Source: Planctomycetota bacterium (GTDB lineage: Bacteria; Planctomycetota; UBA1135; UBA2386). Taken from it: a DNA stretch of 64,000 nucleotides. Shown piece by piece: positions 41,803-50,990 of the stretch. A program made the position numbers and the translations under genes. A model generated the notes under the pieces. That model saw only the letters and a list, made by a program, of their open reading frames with translations, did no database searches and was not told where the DNA came from. How positions within the stretch are numbered: the first letter of the stretch is position 1; the number at the start of each line of letters is the position of its first letter. Location: contig OZ245838.1 of assembly GCA_965228735.1 (NCBI GenBank), positions 1,403,011-1,467,010 of the forward strand, in the 5' to 3' direction.

Positions 41803-41883
41803 TTCGAGTCCCCCCTTCGGGCCGGCCCGCGATCCGGGTCGGCCCAATCCCGATCGGGCGCACCCCGATCCGTCGCCCGCCGA

Positions 41884-42639
41884 TCAGGCGAGCCGCAAGC
41901 GGAAGCGCCGAACCGCGACTTCCTCGCCGCCGCCCGCGCGCCGCATCGCCAGCGCTCCCACGAAGTCGGGGCCCGGCGACACGTCGAGCATGCGCCAGGC
42001 ATCGGGCTGCTCGTCGCCCTCGCGGCACGCGCAGAGCCTCGGCTCCTCGTCGATGCTGACGTCGAACGTGTCGAGCCCCATCGTCAGGCCCTCGCCGAGC
42101 GCCTTGATGTAGGCCTCCTTGCGGGTCCAGCAACGATAGAACGCGAGCAGGCGCGCCTGGTCATCGAGCCTCTCGAGACCGTCGAACTCCGCGGCCGAGA
42201 AGTGCCGGCGCGCGATCTCGCGGTAGCTCTCGAGGCGGCGCAGCTTCTCGCAGTCGACGCCGAGCTCGGTCGCCGCGACGCCGATCAGCGTCAGCTTGCC
42301 CGAGTGCGACAGACTGAAGAACGGCGCGCCGTCGCCCTCGAGATACGGCTTGCCCTTCGGCCCGAGGCGGAACTCGAGGTCCGCGGGCGCCTTCCCGACG
42401 TAGCCCGCGAGCACGTGGCGCAGCGCCCCGTGCGTGATCTCGTAGCGCCGCCGATGGTCCGCGAAGTGAAAGCGCCCGGCGCGTTCCCGTTCGCCCACGG
42501 ACAGCGGCGCCAGGAACGGCTCGGGGTCGCCGTCGAGCGGCACGGCCCACAGGTGCACCGCGACGCCCGCAGCCGCCGACAGTTCGAATCGGCCCGGGGC
42601 GGTCGCACCGAAGTCGTCGAACAGGGCGATCTCGTCCAT
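41884..42639 (-). CDS. Sfp-type 4'-phosphopantetheinyl transferase
   Basis: GPKGKP, FSLSHS, LGVDCE, FYRCWTRKEAYIKALGEGL. Confidence 0.93.
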   Translation of the reverse strand: MDEIALFDDFGATAPGRFELSAAAGVAVHLWAVPLDGDPEPFLAPLSVGERERAGRFHFADHRRRYEITHGALRHVLAGYVGKAPADLEFRLGPKGKPYLEGDGAPFFSLSHSGKLTLIGVAATELGVDCEKLRRLESYREIARRHFSAAEFDGLERLDDQARLLAFYRCWTRKEAYIKALGEGLTMGLDTFDVSIDEEPRLCACREGDEQPDAWRMLDVSPGPDFVGALAMRRAGGGEEVAVRRFRLRLA

Positions 42640-42660
42640 TCGGTCGCTGAACGTAACCGC

Positions 42661-45555
42661 TCAGCGCGGCAACGCCAGCCGGAACGGGCCGGCCGGGAGC
42701 CCGGCCGCATTGCGCAGGTTGGCATCGGGCACAGCAGTCCACGCGTAGCGCACGGCAACCGGCGCTTCGATGCCGGCCGCCTTCACCTCGACGAGATCGG
42801 CGGCGACGACCCGTGCGGTCGCCGGCACGAACTCCGATCGCCCCCGCGCGCGGACCTCGAAGCCGCTGACGGCACCATCCGCAGCGAGCGGGCTCGCGCT
42901 CGCCGCGAACCGCACCAGCAGCGCCTCGCCCGTCGCCTCGAGGCCGACCGCGACCGGGCCGTCGCAGACGACGTTCTCACCGTAGCAGTGCCGCAGCGCG
43001 TGCAGCGCCAGCCGCTGGCCGACCGCCTGCTTGTTGCGCGGATGGATGTCACGCGCGTTGCCGATGTCGAGCGTCACGACCATCCCCGTCCGCGGCAGCC
43101 GCAGCGCCTGCGTCTGCGCCCAGCGCAGATCGACGCCGCCGAGACGTTCGCCGGCGTAGGAGAACGGCGCGATCTGGACGAAGTAAAACGGCAGGTCGCG
43201 GCCGAAGTGGTGCCGCCAGTCGCGGATCATCGCGGGGAAGAGCCGTTCGTACTGCGCGGCCCGCAGCCGGTTCGACTCACCCTGGTACCAGATCGCGCCG
43301 CGGAACGGGAACGGGGCGAGCGGCGCGATCATGCCGTTGAACAGGACCGTCGGGCGGTTGGGGCCGGCCGCGCGTCGCGGCCACGCCGGCAGATCGGCGA
43401 TCGCCGGGCCACGCGCGCGCCGCCACGAACCCGCGAGTTCGATCTTCACCTCGGGCGCCCCGCTCGTCGTGATGAGCTGAAGCGCTGCTGGCGCCGCGGT
43501 GAAGCCGCCTTCGCCGCCGGTGTCGACGACCCGCACGATGATCTCGAGCTCCGCGCGTGCTCCGACCAGCGCGCCCGGGATCGCGTACTGGCGCGGCGTC
43601 GACCACGCCCCGTCGCGCTCGAGCCCGCCGATGCGCTGACCGTTGCACCAGGCCGTGTCCATGTCGTCGACCGCGCCGAGGTCGAGCCGCAGGTCGCGAC
43701 CGCGCAGGACGTCGGGCACGGGCAGGACCTGGCGATAGAACGCGACGCCATCGAAGTCGCCGAGGCCGCTCTCGGACCATCGGTCGGGCATCTCGACGAG
43801 TTGCCACGCGGCGTCGCCCGGGGCCGGCACTCCGGGCACCGCGCTCCAGAACCGCTGCATCGCGGCGTCGCGACCGTCACCGGCAGCCAGCCGGCGGATC
43901 GCCGGCGCGAACTCGGGGAACGCGTCCAGACCCGGCGCGCTCGTCCACGCCTCGCAGATCGTCCCGCCCCACGCCGACACCACGAGACCGATCGGACCGT
44001 GACCGCGCTGGAGCAGCTCGCGCGCGAAGAAGTACGCCGACGCCGAGAAGCCGCCGGCCGTCGCGGGCGAGCACACCAGCCACTCGCCCTCGATCGCGTC
44101 GAGCGGCACGGCGCTCGTCTTCTTCTGCACGGTGAACACGCGCAGCTCCGGGAAGTCGGCGGCCGCGACTTCCTGCTCCCAGTTCCTCACGCCCTGGCGC
44201 CAACCGCTGTGCCGCCCGACCTCCATCTCCATGTTGGATTGCCCCGAGGCGAGCCACACGTCGCCGACGAGCACGTCGCGGATCGCGATCTGCTGATCGT
44301 CGCACGCCAACGTCAGCGAGTGCGCCCCGCCTTGCCCTGGGGTCACGACGGCGCAGCGCCAAGAGCCGTCGGCGGTGACCGTCGTCGTTGTCTCGGCGCC
44401 CCACGACGTCGTGACCGCAACCGGCGATTGCGCCGGCCCGTGGCCGCGCAGCATGATCGTCGCGTCGGCCGGCAGCACCATGTGATCACCGAACAGCGCC
44501 ATCACGGTGAACGGGGTGACGGCGCGCTCGGCGAGCCGGGCGATCCGACCGTTGCTGCCACACGCGATCACCGTTCCGTCCGCCGCACGTTCGAGCGCGT
44601 GAAACCCCGTCGCGCCGAACGGCGCCCAGGTGCGGCCGCCGTCTCGCGACCGACTCGCGCCGTGCGACCCGACCGCGAGCACGGTCGATTCGTCGAGCCA
44701 GGCCACCGCGGAACGGAAGCCCCCGGCATTGCTGCGGGTCCACGTCGCGCCACCGTCCGCCGTCCACGCCGCGGTCCCGGCCGCGCGCTCGGGCTCGTCG
44801 TAGAGCCCGCCGACCACGACGCCGCGCCGGCCGTCGAACGTCACGGCGAACGCGCCGCCGGCCGGCGCGCCGTGCTCGAGCGGCAACCCGACCGACTGCC
44901 AGCTGCGCCCGGTATCGCGACGCGAGAAGCAGCGCGCGCGGGCCCCGCCGGTCACGATTCGCGCGACCCCGGCCGTGACGTCGATGCACGAACCGCTCGC
45001 GGCGAACCCGTATTCGCCTTCGATCGCCTCGGGCAACCCGGTCACGGGTCCCCACGTGCGGCCACCATCGGTCGAACGCCGGACGTACATCTGCCCGCCG
45101 AGCGGGTCACCGAACAGATAGCCCGTCTCCCCTTCGAACTCGATGCTGTCGAAGAACGCCGCCGGGTCGCGTTCGGCGTGCACGCGCTGCCACGACCCGC
45201 CGCCGTCCGTGGTGCGATAGAGGTGCGCGGGCTGCCCGGCGACCATCGCGACCGCCGTGCTGGCGTCGAACGCGTGCAGGTCGCGGAAGTCGAACCCGGC
45301 GACGCCTTCGACCCGCGGCGCGACGTTCGCGAACGTCGCGCCACCGTCACCCGAGCGCAGGATCGTGCCGCCCGTGCCACCCGCCCAGATCGTGCTCCGG
45401 TCGACGACCGCGAGCGCGCGCAGGCTCAGGCCGGCGCGTTCATGGAGCACATCCCACGCCGGATCGCGCTGCGCCCCATCGGCCTGACCCGGCGCGGCGA
45501 CAGCCAACAGAATCGCGCCCACGAGGCCGTTCGACAGCAGCGACGAGGTGTTCAT
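42661..45555 (-). CDS. Secreted fusion: BNR/Ycf48-like beta-propeller + sialate O-acetylesterase (SASA) with galactose-binding insert (964 aa)
   Basis: BNR repeats (RSGDGGATF, RTTDGGGSW, RSTDGGRTW); SASA motifs GDVWLASGQSNM, WGGT, IWYQGESN, IHPRNKQAVG; start ATG 45555. Confidence 0.88.
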   Translation of the reverse strand: MNTSSLLSNGLVGAILLAVAAPGQADGAQRDPAWDVLHERAGLSLRALAVVDRSTIWAGGTGGTILRSGDGGATFANVAPRVEGVAGFDFRDLHAFDASTAVAMVAGQPAHLYRTTDGGGSWQRVHAERDPAAFFDSIEFEGETGYLFGDPLGGQMYVRRSTDGGRTWGPVTGLPEAIEGEYGFAASGSCIDVTAGVARIVTGGARARCFSRRDTGRSWQSVGLPLEHGAPAGGAFAVTFDGRRGVVVGGLYDEPERAAGTAAWTADGGATWTRSNAGGFRSAVAWLDESTVLAVGSHGASRSRDGGRTWAPFGATGFHALERAADGTVIACGSNGRIARLAERAVTPFTVMALFGDHMVLPADATIMLRGHGPAQSPVAVTTSWGAETTTTVTADGSWRCAVVTPGQGGAHSLTLACDDQQIAIRDVLVGDVWLASGQSNMEMEVGRHSGWRQGVRNWEQEVAAADFPELRVFTVQKKTSAVPLDAIEGEWLVCSPATAGGFSASAYFFARELLQRGHGPIGLVVSAWGGTICEAWTSAPGLDAFPEFAPAIRRLAAGDGRDAAMQRFWSAVPGVPAPGDAAWQLVEMPDRWSESGLGDFDGVAFYRQVLPVPDVLRGRDLRLDLGAVDDMDTAWCNGQRIGGLERDGAWSTPRQYAIPGALVGARAELEIIVRVVDTGGEGGFTAAPAALQLITTSGAPEVKIELAGSWRRARGPAIADLPAWPRRAAGPNRPTVLFNGMIAPLAPFPFRGAIWYQGESNRLRAAQYERLFPAMIRDWRHHFGRDLPFYFVQIAPFSYAGERLGGVDLRWAQTQALRLPRTGMVVTLDIGNARDIHPRNKQAVGQRLALHALRHCYGENVVCDGPVAVGLEATGEALLVRFAASASPLAADGAVSGFEVRARGRSEFVPATARVVAADLVEVKAAGIEAPVAVRYAWTAVPDANLRNAAGLPAGPFRLALPR

Positions 45556-45878
45556 GCCGCCGATGTAGCGGATCCACGGGCCCCTGCCCAGCGCGACGAA
45601 GCTCCGGCGCGACCGGGTTTTCCCGCGCGATGAGGACCGTTTCGACACGGGATGCGGGCCACGGCCGGCCGCTTTCGTCCCCCGCCGAGACCGGCACGCA
45701 TCCCGCCGTTCTGGCAAGCCAGGACGCCGCACGGCGACCCTGCTGCCGCTTCGCGGTCGATTCCCGACCCCTGTTTGGGTTCAGCGTCGCCCGCCATCGG
45801 CCGATCAGTAGGGATGAACCCACGCCCTGACACTTGCGTGACGTGAACACCGGGCGAACGTTCCACCACGACACACCA

Positions 45879-46550
45879 ATGTACCTACGACACGCCGCTA
45901 CCATTCTGTTCACCATCGCGCTCGGCGCGTGCGCTTCGGGGTCGCGCCTCGAAGAGGCTCCGAACCGCAAAGAGAACCTCACGACCTGGATCGAGAAGGT
46001 CCACATCGAGGCCGGCCGCTCGCGCGACTCGATCGCCGAGAGCTACGAACGCCTGCAGATGCTCGCCTCCGGCGAGTACCCGCAGGGCGACGCCGCGATG
46101 GCCTACGCCCAGTTCGTGCAGTCGATCGACATCGCCGAGACCCAGGCCACGCGCTTCCGCGAGGTCGTCGAACCGCTCGCGTCCGCGGCCGCCCCGGTCT
46201 TCGAGCAGTGGGCGCAGGACGTCCAGACGATCGGCAACGAACGCCTGCGCACGCGCGGCGAGCTCAGCATGACCGTCAGCAAGGAACGCTACGAAGCGGT
46301 CCTCGCGTCGGCGAACGATGCCCGCGAGCAGTTCAACGGCTTCGTGCAGGACCTCCGCGACCACGCGGCGTTCCTCGCGCACGACCTCAACCCGCGCGCG
46401 CTCGACGAGATCCAGGAAGACGTGAAGATGGTGCGCAACAACGCGGAGAAGCTCGACCAGGAGCTCGACCGCACGCTCACCGCGGCGCGCGCCTACGTCG
46501 ATCTCAACGCGCTGCCGGCGCAGGGTTCGCCCGCGTCGCCGAATCGCTGA
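45879..46550 (+). CDS. Helical lipoprotein, DUF2959-like
   Basis: Lipobox IALGA|C; LRDHAAFLAHDLNPRAL resembles the DUF2959 consensus (recalled, not searched). Confidence 0.6.
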   Translation: MYLRHAATILFTIALGACASGSRLEEAPNRKENLTTWIEKVHIEAGRSRDSIAESYERLQMLASGEYPQGDAAMAYAQFVQSIDIAETQATRFREVVEPLASAAAPVFEQWAQDVQTIGNERLRTRGELSMTVSKERYEAVLASANDAREQFNGFVQDLRDHAAFLAHDLNPRALDEIQEDVKMVRNNAEKLDQELDRTLTAARAYVDLNALPAQGSPASPNR

Positions 46551-46565
46551 TCACCGAATCGCTGA
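46539..46565 (+). repeat. Direct repeat ccgaatcgctga x2 with 15-bp period, including the stop codon
   Basis: Copies at 46539-46550 and 46554-46565. Confidence 0.85.
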
Positions 46566-46692
46566 GCCCCGGACCGCTTGATCAGGGGATCGGCGAAACC
46601 AACGGGCCGTCCGCGGCCCATCACGATAGTCCGCGCTCGGGGAAGGGCGCGGACACCCCCATGACACCTGCACCCCGCCCCACAGGAGGCCC

Positions 46693-48921
46693 GTGACCTG
46701 GACGCTGCTGAGCTGCCTGGCCGTCGTGCTGCTCCTGGGCCTCGCGGTCGCGTTCCAGCGCCGCGCCGACCTGCGGCGGCAACGCAGCGTCGTGGCCGAA
46801 CGCGCCGCGATGGCGCGGCGCAAGAACGACACCGCACCGCTCGTCGTGCCGGTCATCGACCTGCAGCGGTGTCTCGGGTGCGGCACGTGCGTGCGCTCGT
46901 GCCCCGAGGAGGGCGTGCTCGACCTCGTGCATGGCCAGGCGGCCGTGGTCAACGCCGCGCAATGCGTCGGTCATGCGCGCTGTGTCGCGGAATGTCCCGT
47001 CGGCGCGGTCACGCTCGGCACCGGCGACCTCGCGGAACGCGACGACGTGCCCGTCCTCGGCCCGGATCTCGCGGCCGTCGGCACGCCGGGGCTGTATCTG
47101 GTCGGTGAAATCACCGCGAAGGCGCTGATTCGACCGGCCACCGAGCAGGGCGCGCGCGTAGCGCGCACGATCGGGCAGGCGCGGGGCGAGACCATGCCGG
47201 GCGTGCACGATCTCGTCGTCATCGGCGCCGGCCCGGGCGGTCTGGCATGCGCGCTGGGGGCGATCGAACAGGACCTCGACCTCCTCGTGCTCGATCAAGA
47301 ACCGGTCATCGGCGGCACCGTCGCGAAGTATCCGCGCCGCAAGCTCGTGCTCACCGAGCCGATCGACCTGCCGCTGCACGGCCGCGTGCGGCAGAAGGAG
47401 TTCGAGAAAGAGCAGCTCATCGACCTTTGGCAGGATCTCGCGGCCGAGCACCAGGTGCCGTTCCGCGGCGGCGTGACGTTCGAACGCTGCGAACGGCTGG
47501 CCGACGGCACGTTCCGGATTCACACCGACGCCCCGGACCTCGCGGAGCTGCGCGCGCAGAACGTCGTGCTCGCGGTCGGACGTCGCGGCCAGCCGCGCCG
47601 CCTCGGCATCCCGGGCGAGGAGCTGCCGCACGTCGCGTACAGCCTGCTCGACGCGGGTGCGTTCGAGGACTGCGAGATCGTCGTCATCGGCGGCGGTGAC
47701 AGCGCGGTCGAGGCCGCGATGGCGCTCGCCGATCAGGCCGGCAACCGCGTCACGATCGTCTACCGCCAGGACCAGTTCTTCCGCATCCGCCGCAAGAACA
47801 AGGACCGCCTCGAGCAGCGACTCGAGCCCGGTCGTCTCGAGGTCGTGTTCCGGCACGAGCCGACGGAGATCGACGTCGACTTCGTCACGATCCGGAGCAA
47901 CGACGGCTCGGGGGTCGAACGGGAGATCCCGGCCGATCAGGTGTTCGTCCTCGTCGGCGGCGAACCGCCGTTCCCCGCGCTGCAGCAGAGCGGCGTGTCG
48001 TTCGATCATTCGACGCCGGCAGCGGCTGCGGCCGCGAACACGCAGCCGTCCGAAACCGCGGCCGAGCGGTCGCTCTTGCCCGTCCTCGGCGGCTCCGTCG
48101 TGCTCACGCTCGCGACGTTCGCGTTCGCGCTCTGGCACTTCGACTACTACTCCAAGGTCGCAGCCCTCCGGGCCGCCGATCCGAAGCATGCGTTGCTGCG
48201 GCCCGATCAGAGCCTCGGTCTCTGGTTCGGGATCGTGGCGGTGATCGCGCTGCTCGCCAACCTCGCCTACCTGCTGCGCCGTCGTCTCACGGTCACGTTC
48301 GGGTCGCTCACGGGCTGGATGGACGCGCACATCGTCACGGGCGTCGGCGCGCTGCTGCTCGCGGCGTTGCACGCCGCGATGGCGCCGCGGTCGACGCCGG
48401 GCGGGCATGCGTTCTGGGCCCTCGCGGCGCTCGTCGTCACGGGCGCGATTGGCCGCTGGTTCTACGCCTGGCTGCCGCGCGCGGCGAACGGCCGTGAGCT
48501 CGACCTCGAAGCGATCCGTGGCGACCTGCGCTCGCAACGGGGCGGCACGACGGGGTTCGCCGCCGCAGCGCAGCAGGAGACCGAGAAGCTGCTCGAGCGT
48601 CGCCAGTGGCGTTCGACGTTCGCGGGCCGCGCGCTGACGCTGATCGGCCTGTCGTGGGATCTCAACCGCACGCTCAACCGGCTGCGGCAACGAGCCCGGG
48701 CCGAGGGCATCGCCCCCACTGATCGCAATGCGACGTTCGCGACGATCCGCGCGGCCTACAAGACGTCGGTCGCCGCGGGCCATCTCGAGGACCTGCGCGC
48801 CGTGCTCGCGACCTGGCGCTGGCTGCACCGCTGGCTCGCGCTGCTGCTCATGCTGCTCATCGGCGTCCACGTGGTCATGGCGTGGCTGCACGGCGCGTTC
48901 TCGTTCGGAGGCTCCGCGTGA
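46693..48921 (+). CDS. Membrane oxidoreductase fusion: TM anchor, 2x[4Fe-4S] ferredoxin, FAD/NAD(P)H TrxR-like domain, di-heme-b-like TM domain
   Basis: CLGCGTCVRSCP and CVGHARCVAECP; VIGAGPGG; VIGGGDSAVEAA..YR; two TM helices each with a His pair 14 residues apart (DAH...LHA; WLH...VHV). Confidence 0.85.
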   Translation: MTWTLLSCLAVVLLLGLAVAFQRRADLRRQRSVVAERAAMARRKNDTAPLVVPVIDLQRCLGCGTCVRSCPEEGVLDLVHGQAAVVNAAQCVGHARCVAECPVGAVTLGTGDLAERDDVPVLGPDLAAVGTPGLYLVGEITAKALIRPATEQGARVARTIGQARGETMPGVHDLVVIGAGPGGLACALGAIEQDLDLLVLDQEPVIGGTVAKYPRRKLVLTEPIDLPLHGRVRQKEFEKEQLIDLWQDLAAEHQVPFRGGVTFERCERLADGTFRIHTDAPDLAELRAQNVVLAVGRRGQPRRLGIPGEELPHVAYSLLDAGAFEDCEIVVIGGGDSAVEAAMALADQAGNRVTIVYRQDQFFRIRRKNKDRLEQRLEPGRLEVVFRHEPTEIDVDFVTIRSNDGSGVEREIPADQVFVLVGGEPPFPALQQSGVSFDHSTPAAAAAANTQPSETAAERSLLPVLGGSVVLTLATFAFALWHFDYYSKVAALRAADPKHALLRPDQSLGLWFGIVAVIALLANLAYLLRRRLTVTFGSLTGWMDAHIVTGVGALLLAALHAAMAPRSTPGGHAFWALAALVVTGAIGRWFYAWLPRAANGRELDLEAIRGDLRSQRGGTTGFAAAAQQETEKLLERRQWRSTFAGRALTLIGLSWDLNRTLNRLRQRARAEGIAPTDRNATFATIRAAYKTSVAAGHLEDLRAVLATWRWLHRWLALLLMLLIGVHVVMAWLHGAFSFGGSA

Positions 48922-50990
48922 ACAAGAGCAAGGCGGGGCTCGGGGTGGGGATCGCGTCGCTCGTCGGCGTGCTGCTGCTCGCGTTCGTGAATCTCGACCG
49001 CGAGCCGCCGGGCCCGGTCGCGGCCGTGCACGCCGCACTGCCCGAACTCGAGGGCGGCAGCAACTGCGCGGCCTGCCACGGCGGCTGGTTCGGCGACATG
49101 CAGAAGGCGTGCATGGAGTGCCACGCGGACATCGCGGACCAGCTGGCGCGCGGCAGCGGCCTGCACGGCCGGCTCGACGCGGGCGCGGCGGCGAGTTGCT
49201 CGACCTGCCACGGCGACCACCACGGCCAGGAGTTCCGGCTCGTGAACGCTCTCGCGTTCGCCCAGGCCGGCGTGCCGGACGAGCAGCAGTTCGACCACAG
49301 GATGGTCGGCTTCGCGATGCACGGGCGGCACACCGAGCTCGACTGCACCGAGTGCCACGAGCACGCCGAGACCGCGGTCCTGGCGGCAGGCCAGAAGCGC
49401 TACCTCGGTCTCACGCAGAACTGTGCGACGTGCCACGAGGATCCGCACGGCGGTCAGATGCAGATGAACTGCACGACGTGCCACGGCCAGGATTCGTTCG
49501 ACGAGCACATCGTCCGCAACCACGACGCCCACCTCGAGCTCAGCGGCCCCCACGGCAACGCGACGTGCCGCGACTGTCATGCGACCGGCACGCGGCACGC
49601 CCTCGAACACATCCCGCAGGGTGGCATCGCGCGTGGGCGTGCGTGCGGCGACTGTCACGAGTCCCCGCACGATCCGACGTTCGTTTTGGCCAACGGCGCC
49701 GCGATGGAACTGTCGCCGAACCAGAGCTGCGAGGTCTGCCACTCGCTGGCGATTCCGCACTTCGACGACCCGGTCGTGACGGTGACCCCGGCGCAGCACG
49801 CCCACTCGGGCTTCTCGCTCGGGGAGCCCCATGCGGCCGTCCGCTGTGAGCAGTGCCACCCGGCCGGCCAGGACCGCGACGCCAGCGGCGACGATTGGGC
49901 GATCCGCCACCCGGGGCGCGATGCGAAGGACTGCCGCGCGTGTCACGAAGATCCGCACGGCGGCCAGTTCGACAACGCGCCGTTCGCCGCCGAGGGCTGC
50001 ATCAGCTGCCACGCGGAGACTCACTTCGGCCCGCACGAGTTCGATCTCGCGGCCCACGCCCGGACGACCTTCCCGCTCACGGGCAAGCACTCCGAGCTCG
50101 GCTGCGAGTCGTGCCACCCCGATCCGAAGGGCGACGAGCCCCGCCAGTTCGACGGCACACCCAACCGGTGCGAACAATGCCACGACGACGCCCACCACGG
50201 CGCGTTCGCGGCGCACCAGGACCGCTTCGCCGCCAATCCACGGGGCTCGTGCGCCGAGTGTCACGGCACCGAGCTGTTCCGCAACGTCGACCTCGCCGTG
50301 TTCCACCATGGCGAGCACGCCGGCTTCCAGCTCGACGGCGCCCACGATCAGATCCACTGCACCGACTGCCACGAACGCACCGCCACGCCCGACGCGCTCG
50401 GCCGCACGTTCGGCCGGATTCTCGACGGCGACCGCGAGTGGAACGGCTGCCGCACCTGCCACCAGGATCCGCACGACGGCAAGTTCGACTCCGCGACGCT
50501 GCCGCAGGAGATCGACGGCCGCCGCGGCTGCGTGCGATGCCACTCCACGGTCTCGTTCCGCCTGCTGCCGCACGGTTTCGAGCACGGCGCGTTCACGGGC
50601 TTCGAGCTCGCCGGCGCCCACGCCAAGATCGACTGCGCCGCGTGCCACCTGCCGCGCGACGAAGAGACGCCAGCCGGCCGCACGACGATGCCCGCCAACG
50701 GCACCAACTGCGGCGACTGCCACGAAGACTCGCACCAGAATCAATTCGAGCGCCTCGGGCGCACGGATTGCGCCCGGTGCCACAAGAGCCAGATCTCGTT
50801 CCGCCGGATCTCGTTCCGACACAACCTCGACTCGCGGTTCGCGCTCGGGGACGCGCACCAGAAGGTCGCGTGCAAGGAGTGTCACAAGGTGGAAGACATC
50901 CACGGCGTTCAGGCCGTTCGCTACAAGCCACTGCCGACGAAGTGCGTCGAGTGCCACGGCACGGACAACCCGCGAAGGAGACGACGATGA
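48918..50990 (+). CDS. Membrane-anchored multiheme cytochrome c, 23 CxxCH motifs (690 aa)
   Basis: 23 CxxCH counted by hand; N-terminal hydrophobic helix; GTG start overlaps the upstream TGA. Confidence 0.93.
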   Translation: MNKSKAGLGVGIASLVGVLLLAFVNLDREPPGPVAAVHAALPELEGGSNCAACHGGWFGDMQKACMECHADIADQLARGSGLHGRLDAGAAASCSTCHGDHHGQEFRLVNALAFAQAGVPDEQQFDHRMVGFAMHGRHTELDCTECHEHAETAVLAAGQKRYLGLTQNCATCHEDPHGGQMQMNCTTCHGQDSFDEHIVRNHDAHLELSGPHGNATCRDCHATGTRHALEHIPQGGIARGRACGDCHESPHDPTFVLANGAAMELSPNQSCEVCHSLAIPHFDDPVVTVTPAQHAHSGFSLGEPHAAVRCEQCHPAGQDRDASGDDWAIRHPGRDAKDCRACHEDPHGGQFDNAPFAAEGCISCHAETHFGPHEFDLAAHARTTFPLTGKHSELGCESCHPDPKGDEPRQFDGTPNRCEQCHDDAHHGAFAAHQDRFAANPRGSCAECHGTELFRNVDLAVFHHGEHAGFQLDGAHDQIHCTDCHERTATPDALGRTFGRILDGDREWNGCRTCHQDPHDGKFDSATLPQEIDGRRGCVRCHSTVSFRLLPHGFEHGAFTGFELAGAHAKIDCAACHLPRDEETPAGRTTMPANGTNCGDCHEDSHQNQFERLGRTDCARCHKSQISFRRISFRHNLDSRFALGDAHQKVACKECHKVEDIHGVQAVRYKPLPTKCVECHGTDNPRRRRR

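Noticed and set aside
31440-42639. ATP-grasp ligases + Sfp PPTase as one NRPS-independent peptide biosynthetic cluster
   Set aside because: They are separated by two unrelated PKD genes and there is no carrier protein, transporter or precursor gene; linkage is unsupported.
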